Assembly (NCBI GenBank): GCA_030704615.1
Contig: CM060733.1
Coordinates: 33,542,001-33,606,000 of the forward strand
Length of the DNA stretch: 64,000 bases
Origin: Takakia lepidozioides
Taxonomy: Eukaryota; Plantae; Bryophyta
Reading direction: 5' to 3'
The notes under the pieces were generated by a model that did no database searches, was not told the origin of the DNA, and saw nothing but the letters and a program-made list of their open reading frames with translations. Positions 35,226 to 46,448 of the stretch are shown in pieces (position 1 is the stretch's first letter; every line of letters starts with the position of its first letter). The translations under genes and the position numbers were made by a program.

Positions 35226-35819
35226 TCGACGGGCAGTAGGAGGGATAATCTTGGCGAGTGAGCGAGACTTGTCAGAAAATGGAGACCCAAATAGAGTGTC
35301 CAGAAGTTACACCAGGGCGCAAGCCTACAGCGAGGGAGGTAGAACGAGCAAAGCATCAAGCGGAGAACAAGGCATTCTTCACACGGCTCAAGATCTACGA
35401 CATTGCAAAGAGGTCCGAACTTCCGTTTTTTTCATATCCCTTACCTAGCCCTAGCCATGAAACCGCATTAAAAGCTCCAAACTTGCAGAGAGGATATGTT
35501 AGGGTTTTGCAGCTGCTGACTTTGTCTTTCTTATTCTTTGCAGCATCGAAGAGAGCTTGAGTCGCCCTAAACGCCTCGTTGAGGAAATCCTCAAACACAC
35601 AGGTCCTCTTCATTGTTTCCGCTCTCCGTTATGTCTCCTCCTCTCCTGAACAAGTCGCCCTCCTCAAGAAGTGATCCCTTTCCTGTTGCCGCTCTGCCTA
35701 ATCTACCCGCAAGCTGTTCTAACCACCTAACTAACTAACCATCACCCCTGAAGTAACACGTTCCCTCTGCAGATGTCATTCCCACACAGTCGTTCCCTGT
35801 CAATGATAACTGTTCCCCA

Positions 35820-36050
35820 TGTACTGTGACAGGCTGTGTCAAGCTGTGCCGAGCTGTGACTGGCTGTGTAAAGCTGTGTCGGGCTGTGACTGGCTGTGCA
35901 AAGCTGTGTCGGCCTGTGTCAGAATGTATCTAGCTGTGATAGACTGTGACGGGCTGTGTAAAGCTGTGTCGGGCTATGACTGGCTGTGCGAAGCTGTGTC
36001 GGGCTGTGTCAGACTGTGTCTGGCTGTGATAGACTGTGACGGGCTGTCTA
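35820..36050. repeat. 10-bp-period minisatellite (GCTGTG core)
   Basis: Run of GGCTGTGTC/AGCTGTGAC/GACTGTGAC-like decamers upstream of the CACTA transposase. Confidence 0.85.
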
Positions 36051-37589
36051 ACCCCCCTAAAGCCTGCTCCTGCCACCCCTAAGGCTCCTGTTGGTCTCAG
36101 TTTGCGCAAAAATTAAGGGTACCCCACAGAACCCGTAAAAACGTCTAAGTCCCAAGCAGCCCTCTAACACCCACACCTTGGTCGCTTTCCGGCTCGCACG
36201 TTTACTTACTAGTTTTTGGTCACCAACGGGCTTGCACCGTTCTCGGGGTTACTACTCCCTATATATTCTTCTATGACTGTCCGCGGGGGTTTCACAAACA
36301 ACCATGCCATTTTATGGCGAATCACCACGAAAACCCTCGATTCCCGGTGATGAGTCGCGATGAGTCTTGGCCCACTCACCACAGTCCCATAAGACCGTGA
36401 TGAGTCCCAAGACTCCCCACGACTCCCACCACAAGGTCTCCGCCCCCATGGTGAGTCCTATGCCACCCCCACTAAGTCCCTCTAAGCTACCACCACCCCC
36501 GCGTGGAACCACCCCCACCGCAACCCGGTGTGCGGGGCTCCACCTAGTGAGCGCCTCCGCCTCCTTGAGTGCCTTGGACACTCAAGGGTGTTTTAGCCCC
36601 CGCATCTATTGTCGTCACTACCCCCACCACAGGGGCAGCCCCTCTCGTGTCCCGACCCCCTGCTCTGAAGGCGAAGGGCCGCAACACACACCCCTACCAA
36701 CAGGGAGTTGATGTCCTCATCGACTTGCCTATTTTGTAGAAACGAACATCCAAGTTGTGGCGTCCCACATCAAGGAGTTTGTTTCCGTACCATGGCGTCC
36801 CATGGCAAAGAACCTAACCCCCACTTGACTCTACTCTCCACTAGCTAGTTCAGCCGACTTCCTCCAAGTCCCGGCCAAGGGTGGGGCCTCTCAAGCTCCT
36901 CCCAGTGCACTCTTCTTGACCCACTTAGGACCAAGGAACGATCCTCCCCAAGGATCGAATCGCCTTACTGCAACAACGTTTGCTTGTGACCGCTCGTGAT
37001 GTCGCTTCTTGGCATCACCTTGAGCAAGGGTTCGCCTTGAACCCTTTTTGACTAGGAAGATAACCTTGAACCAACCGTGCGCCCCAATCACTACAATTGG
37101 GTCCGCCTTGGAATGCTGGCCTGAGGTACGGGAACAAGCCGAAGCCGCACTACGACTTCGTCCCGAGGCTACACGATTATAGTACGTGAACGGACGTACG
37201 TAGCTTCCGCGTTAGCCCGCACTACAAGGCAACCCCCTCGGTAGCGCAGTTATAGTACGCACACGCGCTAGACGCGCACTAGCACGTGAACTCCCAACGA
37301 AGGTGCAAGTTTCCTTGCCCCTTGGGTGGGAGTCACCCGATTTTGGCACCACACAAACACACGATTAATCCAATTTACCTCTCCCACTTTGTAAGCTTAG
37401 CATGCATTCTACACACTAGCCAACCATACCATGCATCACCATTCCAAACAAAATAGGACGCACAACATTTGGAAACCATTTCATTTATAACAAAATTTGT
37501 ACAATACAAGTTTTTGCAATCGGATTCCTGAGCTAGCTAAGCCGGGCTAAGCATGTATTTCCTCCTCCACGCTCCAAGGTTGATGTCCC

Positions 37590-40270
37590 CATCAACGCTT
37601 CTTCCGCTTTTGAGGTCGCCCTTCGAAAGCTGCAACCGCCTCAGATGCGTTCCCCATTTCTGAGGCACGCACCCAAGATGCCTCCACATGATGATAGCCC
37701 TTCCATTTCACGAGATATTCCGTTTCTCAATTCTTGAACCTCCTTGACTTAAGCACTGCCTCCACCTCGTATTCAGGTTCATTTTCATGATCCAACAGCA
37801 CAGGTGGCGGACGCAACACTTGAGGCCGATTCGGACGCGCTTCATCTTTGAAGTAAGGCTTCAAAATGGAGACGTGGAATACCGGATGCACCTTACTGTT
37901 TGCCGGCAGCTCCAGTTCATACACATCCTCATTCATAACCTTCCGGATGCGAAAAGGTCCCGCATACGGAGGTACGAACTTTGGACTCACTTCCGGAGGT
38001 AGTCGAAAATTCTTGATGTTCAACCAGACCTCCGTGCCTGCCTCAAACTTAACCTCCCTTCGCTTCCGATTCGCCTGTCGTTCATACCGTTTCCTAGCTT
38101 TGGCAATGTTGTACTTTGCGAGCTTCAACAAATGCTCGCGTTCTTCCAGCACTGCCGCTACTGCCGGTTCCTCAACGTCTTGGGCGGCCCAATTTGTCGG
38201 CACCAGAGGTGCTTTTCCATAAACCAATACGAAGGGGGAAACTCCCGTTGCGGAATGTTTTGTGTTATTATAACAGAACTCTGCCGCATCCAAGTGCTCC
38301 ACCCAGTCCGATTGGTCTGCCGACACGTAATTCTGCAAGATCTGCTTCACCACGGAATTCACCCTTTCCGTTTGGCCGTCCGTCGTAGGTCAGAAGGCGG
38401 TGCTCATTTTGAGCCTCGTCCCCATTTTCTTCCAAAGTGCCCTCCAAAACTTACTTGTAAACTTTGGATCGCGGTCCGAGACAATATCCTTCGGGAGTCC
38501 ATGATGCTTGAAGACGTGGGTGAAGTAAAGTCGCCCCGTCTCCTGCGCCGTTGCCGTCTCCTTGGTGGGGATGAAATGGCCCATTTTACTGAACCTATCC
38601 ACCACCACCATGATTGCATCAAATCCTTTTGACAGCGGCATAGCAGTCATGAAATCCATCGAGACACTTTCCCAAGACCCCTCTGGAATCGGCAAGGGTT
38701 GTAACAGCCCCGCTTGCTTTTTGTACTCGCTCCGGTTTTTTGGCATGTGGTGCATGTCTTGACATACTCCTCGGCCTCCTCCCTCAGTTTGGGTCAGAAA
38801 TACTCTTTCTTCAAGAGTGCCGCGGTGCGCTTGGCTCCGCCGTGGCCCGCAAGCGGGCCATCATGGCATTCTCTCAAGAGACTATCTCTGATCCCTCCCT
38901 TTGGCACGTAGAGACGTTTTTGCTTATACCGGAGTAGTCCATTTTGCAAGTGGAACTGTGGTTTAACCCCCATCCTCAAGTCCCGCATCACGGACTTCGC
39001 CACCTCATCCTTCCGGTAAGCCTTCCGGATCTTCCTCTGGAGCGCCGTCTCGCCCTTGTACACTAGCATGAGCTGCTGCTTTCTACTTAAAGCATCGGCC
39101 ACCCACATTGTCCGTCCCGGTTTGTACTGGATATCCACGTCGAACACCGCCAAAGTGTCTTGCCACCTAAGTTGTTTTGGAGACAACTTAGGCTGCGTGG
39201 CAAAATACTTCACCGTGACATTGTCCGTGAACACCTTCACCGGGTTGGAACCAACATAGTGGCGCCAAAGCTCAAGGCAATGCACCACCGCTTTCATCTC
39301 TTTCTCGTGCGTTGGCCACCGTCACTCCACTTCATTCAGTTTCTTACTTTCGTAAGCCACTGGACGTCCATCCTGCATGAGTACACCTCCAATCGCGAAG
39401 TCCGACGCATCCGTATGAATCTCAAATGGGCGGTCAAACTCCGGGATTTTCAGGACTGGAGCTTCCGCCATCCGCTGCTTCAACTCGGCAAAAGCTTGGC
39501 CACAAAAGGTGTTCTATACCCATACCTTGGATTTACATAGAAGGTTTGACAACGGCCCCGCGATCTTGGCAAAATTTCTCACATACTTTCAGTAATAGGA
39601 GGCGAGTCCTAAGAAGGATCGCACTCCCGGGACCAAAGTCGGAGGCTCCCAGTCCAAGATCGCTCTCACCTTACTGTCATCCATTTTTATCCCATCCTCT
39701 GTAATCACATGCCCTATGAACTCCACTTTTGTGACCCCGAATTTGCACTTTGAAGCTTTGGCATACAGCTTCCATTCCCGTAATTTCTGGAACACCCTTT
39801 TTAGGTGCTCCAGGTGCTCTTCCTTTGTTTTTCGAGTACACCAAGATGTCGTCGATGTACACGATCACAAAGTCAACCAACCACTCCTGAAAAAGGCTGC
39901 TCATTAGCGTGCTAAAGGTCGCGGGTGCGTTGGTGAGCCCAAAAGGCATCACCAAGAACTCATATGAACTGTACCTTGTCCTGCACGCGGTCTTCTCCTT
40001 GTCTCCTTCCGCCACTCGAATTTGATGGTAGCCGGAGGGCAAATTGATCCGGCTGAAATACTTCGCTCCTGCCAACCGATCAAAGAGGTTGTCGATCCTT
40101 GGCAAAGGGTACCGGTTTTTGATAGTCACCTTATTTAGAGCCCTGTAATCGACACACATCCGCAGCGTCCCATCCTTCTTGTGTGCGAATAGCACCAGGG
40201 CTCCGTAAGGTGACTTATTCGGCCGGATGTACCCCTTTGACATTAGTTCCTTGAGCTGAGCGAGAAACAT
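37590..40270 (-). pseudogene. pol: Chromovirus pol: RT, RNase H, integrase and chromodomain (protease deleted)
   Basis: [25 protein letters not shown]; [12 protein letters not shown]; [10 protein letters not shown]; GHGG; SMDF...VVVDRFSK; IVSDRD; YAGPF; HPVFHVS; chromodomain EYEVEAVL...*ETEYLVKWKGY....SW. Confidence 0.95.
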
Positions 40271-40289
40271 TTAGCCCTCTCAATTGCCT

Positions 40290-41035
40290 CGTTCAAAGTC
40301 TTAGGTGGCTTCTCCTTCAACTTCCGTCTGGCCCATGGGGCCAGTTCCGTCACAAAGTTGAAGACCATTTCTGGTTCTGCCATTTCCGCGACTTCGAGCC
40401 TGAACATATCCCCGAATGTCATCCGTTTGCTTCAGATTCCTCATCTTGTCCCGGGCGAGCCAGGACGCGTTGAGGGGCACAAACTGTCTCTTCATCAGTT
40501 CCTTGAACCCACTCCAGTTCAAGGTTTCCGGGATTGGACCTTGGTCGTGAGGCGTTTCTGCTACCATTGTTGAGCATAGCCCCTCAAATAGGTGGGAGCC
40601 ACTTCCACTCGATCCTCGTCACTCAACTTGGCCGCCCGGAAATACTGCTCTAGCTCCAAGAGCCAGGTGTTGAGTGCCTTCCGATTTCGGACGCCCTCGA
40701 AGATTCCGGGTTCCTTAGGCTTCACCTTAAACTTTGCCTCAGTGGAAGTGGCATTAGCCGCCTTCAACACGTCTTTCAACGTCCCGCCAAACTGCGCCAA
40801 CAACCCTTCCCAAAAGGCTGCCGGCATGGGAGGCATCTGTTGGCCTGTCGGAGCTCTCTGGAATTCCTCGGGCTCTGACTCCTCAGATTCCTCCCGTTCT
40901 TGAGCGGCCTCATTTTCAAAAGCATGCATCGCTTTCTCAAATGGCCGCTTCGGTGACACGTCGCCCCCATCGGGCTCACCAGGATCATCATCTTTCGGGC
41001 CGCTCCGCTTTCGCTTTGGCTTGCCTGACCCCATG
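40290..41035 (-). pseudogene. gag: Chromovirus gag
   Basis: KPKEPGIFEG.RNRKALNTWLLELEQYF...YLRGYAQQW; WSGFKELMKRQF...ARDKMRNLKQT. Frameshifted. Confidence 0.85.
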
Positions 41036-41832
41036 ATGAGGCCGATCCCAAAGACGATCGCGTACTGAACTCTAAGCTCTGATACCAAGTGTCGCGCACC
41101 TCACTTCGGTAAGTTCCCCTTCAAGTCATAGTTACTCGCTTTGATGAGCGCCTAACTCCCTAACTGGCTGCCCGGCCAACTCGGAGCTTCGGCTGCTCAC
41201 CGAGACATAACCTTCCCCCTTTACTCCTCCACAAGACCCTCTCCCAATTTGGGCCTAATGGAAATTCCCTTTGGTCGATGGCAGTCCGGAATAGCTCCCC
41301 ACACCTTGGTCGCTTTCCGGCTCGCACGCTTACTCACTAGTTTTTGGTCACCAACGGGCTTGCACCGTTCTCGGGGTTACTACTCCCTATATATGCTTCT
41401 GTGACTGTCCGCGGGGGTTTCACAAACAACCATGCCATTTTATGGCGAACCACCATGAAAACCCTCGATTCCCGGTGATGAGTCGCGGTGAGTCTTGGCC
41501 CACTCACCATGGTCCCATTGGACCGCGACTCCCACCACAAGGTCTCCGCCCCCATGGTGAGTCCTATGCCACCCCCACTAAGTCCCTCTAAGCTACCACC
41601 ACCCCTCGTGGAACCACCCCCACCGCAACCCGGTGTGCGGGGCTCCACCTAGTGAGCGCCTCTGCCTCCTTGAGCGCCTTGGGCACTCAAGGGTGCTTTA
41701 GCCCCCCCATCTATTGTCGCCACTGCCCCCACCACAGGGGCAGCCCCTCTCGTGTCCTGACCCCCTGCTCTCAAGGCGAAGGGCCGCGACATCCAGGGTT
41801 CGATTGATATGGGAATTTGGTTTTTGTTGCAG

Positions 41833-42084
41833 TTTCAAATCGGCGACAAGGTGTTATTGTTTGATCCTTGTGCACCAAAAAGAAGGGCAGCTGTGGGATA
41901 TATTGCTGGCTTTCCGAAAGCAAATGTGCCAGACAACTATTACCGTATCCATGTGAAATTGGTCATGATTTCAAAGGTTGTGTTGCCGTACCCGGACTAC
42001 TTTGTTACCCCTAATCATACCACATTGGGTGACACGCAGGGAAGTTCCACCTTATGGTCTGAAAAGTTTCTTAAACATGCGTGA
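41833..42084 (+). pseudogene. Terminal exon of a CACTA TnpA/Tnp1-like accessory gene
   Basis: After acceptor TTGCAG: FQIGDKVLLFD...AVGYI...YRIHVKLV...LPYPD...TTLGDTQGSSTLW. The LPxP...TLGD.xG...LW pattern is typical of the Tnp1/En/Spm C-terminal domain. Upstream exons are absent. Confidence 0.6.
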
Positions 42085-43078
42085 TATTGAAGGTGCTACA
42101 AGTTTAGTTTAGTTTAGTTTTCTTTATGGATTGAGGGTTGCTGAGACAAGTGAACAAAACAACTCTTCTCATGTGAACCGTATTTTTTGAATTGATGCTC
42201 TTGCTATTCTCATGTATGATCACAAGATCCCCTTGTTCAAGGGCAACTTCATTTTCCCACATCAAGCCAAATTTTCCTTGTGTAGACATGAATGTGGTAT
42301 TTTGCTGGTTGTTTGCTATGTTTAATATTAATAACATTACTACTGGTCAATGTGGTCAATAATACAAATATTATCCCCTGTTTTAAATAAGCTTTTATTT
42401 AAATGAAACAAAACAAATAAAAATTCTAAAATAATAATATATTAAATATTAAATCAAGCAGCCAATGGCTTTCGGGGTGCTATCCCATTTATTATAAGAA
42501 TATCTATACAACAACAACAACAACAACAATAATAATACGACTATTCATTTTAGCATTTGTCAATAAATAATAATTGTTTACTTTTCGTCCAATAGGAACA
42601 GAACAGTGGATGTGACAGTATTCACACTAGTGTCATTGCGTTCACACCACGATTTGAACATGGTGTTAAATCTGTGTGAGAGAAGCTGTAAGAAGAGCCC
42701 TTAATATCTAGTATTTATTTAATAATTCTGATGGACTCTATTACGTGGCATTTCCTTTGACATACATGCGGCAGACATGGTGGCAACGAGGTGTAATAAG
42801 TACCGTAGAAAGACCATTAATATTACTTAGTCAAAATACTAGTTGAATTGACCAGTCAAAATGGCCGTCAAAATATCCGTAAAAAAAGCCATCTAAACCT
42901 ACTGCCACATTAGGTGCGAGTTTGGTGTGAGATGGTTTTTTTCACATGACCAAGAAAGTTCACATGTGGTGCAAAAGACTGGGTTAACCTAACACCAGGG
43001 GGGGGTGTGAACTCGAGCTCTTTTCACACCAAAATGTGTGAGAAGAGCCGTTAAAAAAAACCGGTTTCTCTAATAGTG

Positions 43079-44180
43079 GTTGCCCGCATCGCCATCACGC
43101 ATGGCATTCAACCACTTTTCTGCGGCTTCCCGAATACTTTATGTTATCCGTCCTGTCTGCACATATCTGAAGAAAAAGGGGAAGAACTGCGGATCGTCTT
43201 GGGGTGGGCAGACTGGTGGGAGAACGCCAAACCGAAGTAGGTGCAACGTTCCCGGGCAGGTTGGACCAGCAGACTTGTGGGTGGTCTTTTCAGGTCCCAT
43301 ATCTTCGGTTTGCCCAACCCGCAGACCAGGCTGCTAGGTCTCCTGGGCGGTGTGGGCAAGAGAGGTGTTGTCGTCGAGGCTGTCTATGAGCATGTCCAAG
43401 TTTGTCCTCTCAGATAAGGCAATATCCACTGCACTGGACAGTGGACCTTACCCTTCGAAGTCATTATTTTCGGATGATGTTGTTGGTACGCTCGGCAGAT
43501 CGGCGGGGCATAACATTGGCAGACTCAGACTCACTAGAGGAACTGATGGGATAGTCTGCCAGGACCTTCTAGTCCGGCGCGTCCCATGTAGGCCCGCAAT
43601 GTTTGCATCCCGAGCAGAACTTGCCTGACGTGCTTCGGACGGACCCCCCTGCAGGACTGACAGGTTTGCATCGCGAGCAGACCTTGCCGCTTTCGCTCCC
43701 GGTTTTTTTTTTTGCCCCATCACTGAGTTTTCGCTTGCGGGGAGGCACATGCACTTCCTCCAAACTGCCTAGTTGCATCCTTCCAGCAACCCGCCAGTAC
43801 CGTTGGCGCAATTCCTCTGTACTTCGCGGAATTGGGTTTACGCCGCGGCTATTGAAAACAACCTCATCTTTAGCTTTGTGCGATACCAATATGGGCCACG
43901 GCTTGAAATTCGGTGGAATGGTGCCCTTGCAACCTATGTCCACACAATGGCGGTTCAACTGGATTTTGTCCCTTATGGCTTCCTCATAGAAAAGACACCT
44001 GAGCCTATCCTTCTTCCATTCTAGGTTCTCCTCCTTGGCTACATAGAGATCAATACATGCTTCCACTATTTTGCGATCGTACTCTTGTGGGGAGTACCAA
44101 TATCTTCGCAGCTTCTTCAAACGCGTGACGTGCACAAAGTCGATCCAGCCGGGTCCGCCCTTCGCGCAAGCTTCCTCCAT
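43079..44180 (-). pseudogene. 5' coding segments of the MULE-associated minus-strand gene (uncharacterised)
   Basis: ORF 43569-44180 (203 aa) plus a frame that continues across the CACTA insertion site into 25977-25988. Confidence 0.45.
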
Positions 44181-46448
44181 CGCCTATACAACACAACAGA
44201 GAAAGGCAGAGGGCCCAACAAAAAGGGAGAAGTGCAAAGAATGGAGGAGTCCAGAAAGTGCGAGAACCGGCGAGAACGAGCACTACATACGAGGACAGGC
44301 AGAGAAGCGAAAACCAAAACGACAAGTACACAACAGAAGACGAGGAACGCAACGGGCTACGGGAGCAACGGTGTTGGCGACTGTTGGGGTCTAAGATGAC
44401 TCTCCAAATCTGCGCGCGAAAAGAAGTCTGCGCAAGGAAGACAGACGTTGACATAAAAGCAGACCACAGCACCGGCGGGAAGGCGAAGTTCAAGTTCAAG
44501 CTGACTCGGGAGCGAAAATGCAGTACACCCACGACACGACGTGGCGCACCATGATTGACGCCGCCACCGCCGTCGTTGCATTTACTAGGTCTACCCAGTG
44601 CACAGCAGCCCGAGTGAATAGCAGACAGAGTCAAGCAGACTAGAATGAGCAGACCGATTTGAGCAGACCAAAACGTAATCCACTAAGCAGGTCCACTCGA
44701 CTGCAACAGGCTGACGACGAAATAGACTATACAAAACAGACAAACTGGCAGGTCGACAGACTGGCAGATCAACATGGTCATTGTTCCATCGCCCTCTGTA
44801 ACAAGCTGCAGGCAGACTAGACTGACGGTGCGACAGAGACAACAGACTAGCTGAAAAGACTGGAAGGACAACAGACTGGCAGACGGAAAGGTGTACAGCC
44901 AAATTTTCAATGCGGCACCATGGTTTCACAGCTTCTCACAATAGACCAGCGTACACAGACGCCGCAAGACCGTTGTCAGGACAGATTAACATCGCAATAG
45001 ACTCGCGAACATATTCCAGACCGATGTGAGGACACAGCCTCCCGAAGAGGCTCCGATTACCACACCAACGAAGCAAGACTAATGAAGCAACAAACATATG
45101 GGTATCCAGGCCGACAAGTATTGGCTGTTGAACCCGACTTTTTAACAGGAGACCCATACTGCAGATGTGAGATAGTTCAGGAGTCTCAGGCTAACATAGC
45201 TCAGCAGACACAATTGACAGACTGACGATAACTCTGCCCAAGACACACATAACAGTTCATGGCTGGATATGGAATTTGCAATGTTTTTACACGCCCTCAT
45301 GTGATTTTCGCTATCATCTTGCCCATGGTTACCGTTCCAGACTGAGGAGGTGATCTGACGGACGGATGCGGCTACCTCAACATGAATAATTATAAAATTG
45401 AACGACACCATATCCCAAATGTAAACTAAGGTCGTCTTTAGGCAGGTTTGTAATCAGTCCGCCCATTGGAATAAACCCTAACAACACATTGGCCATTTTG
45501 CGATGACCGGACATAGGCCAAACCAAGTGGGCAAAACGCATTACATGTACAATGAAATCGCAAAAACGGCCCCGCCAGCAACAAAAAATGACGAAAATAG
45601 TGGAGGCATATGCACGATGGTGGTTGTAGGGCTCCCTACTCATCTTCTGCCCTTCCACATCATGACAAAATGTCACGAAAACACAAAGACACGAACACCA
45701 GGCAACGACTACCGCCCGCACGCACCGCAGTTGCGTACAACAAAGAGCGACATCTTGATGGCAATGGCGAGATAAGGCCCTGCGATGGGATTCGTCCTGG
45801 ACGGCCCAGATCTTGCGGGCGGGCGGACACGCGGACTAGAGGGAGTGGACTTGGCGCGGTGGACTAGCCCCAGCGGACAGGCCGGTGGACGGAGTCCGGT
45901 AGGGGCAGCCGCGGCGGGCGCCCGTCATCCGGACGAGGGGCCCACCGTCCTTCTCACACGCTTGCGTTCATGACCCTATTATTATAAAATGAGAGGCGTC
46001 TTAGCCCAGCTAAAAATGGATCAACATGCGTGATTTTCTCCTTTTTTTTTTTTTTTTTTTTTTTTTCCCACTAAAGGGGACGGTTCTCGTTTTCTGATTC
46101 ACACTCGTATAATTACCCTCACAATACCATTGTGAGGGTAATTATGAGTGAAAATAATAACAGTAAGTGTACATTCCGGACAATCACTGGTAGTCGGGAA
46201 GCGTGGTGATGGCATCCGCGTGATTGCTGGCAATCGCTGCAGCAAAGTGATGGCTGCTGGCTTGTCTGAGCAGATGTGGAGCCTGCCTTGTAAGGTAGAT
46301 CTCAAGGGTAGGGAAAGAAGAAAGCGGTAGCTTGTCATGTGGTGTATTTGCATTTGCCATCAAGCATGTCAGCAGTACGAGGTTTCGATAAGCCTGCGCG
46401 TAAGACGACGTAGAACAAATTTGTAGATCAGAGACGAAGAATCTTACA

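Larger units (their letters stand above)
36170..41791 (-). mobile_element. Ty3/Gypsy chromovirus LTR retrotransposon, internally deleted, nested in the CACTA
   Basis: 5' LTR at 41090-41791 (TGTCGCG...CGCGACA). PBS TGGTATCAGAGCTT (tRNA-iMet type) at 41087-41074. 3' LTR at 36170-36686 is missing ~210 bp and is preceded by PPT-like GGTAGGGG. gag, RT, RH, INT and chromodomain remnants lie between the LTRs. Confidence 0.95.
25992..43078. mobile_element. CACTA (En/Spm) DNA transposon, 17.1 kb including nested insertions
   Basis: TIR CACTACTAGAGAAACCGGTTTTT at 25992 and AAAAACCGGTTTCTCTAATAGTG ending at 43078 (1 mismatch). 3-bp TSD GTT at 25989-25991 and 43079-43081. Subterminal TTCACAC/GTGTGA repeats at both ends and an internal Tnp2-type transposase. 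Confidence 0.95.
17410..45975. mobile_element. Large MULE-like element (transposase plus convergent Ulp1-containing gene), interrupted by the CACTA element; left end lost
   Basis: The same CAGAC/GTCTG-rich sequence lies on both sides of the CACTA (17.7-25.9 kb and 43.1-45.3 kb). A minus-strand reading frame joins across the CACTA site (...MRDGDAGN|ILDE then a GT donor). A GC-rich terminal segment ends ...CATGACCC near 45975 before AT-rich host DNA. No TIR pair or TSD was found. Confidence 0.55.
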
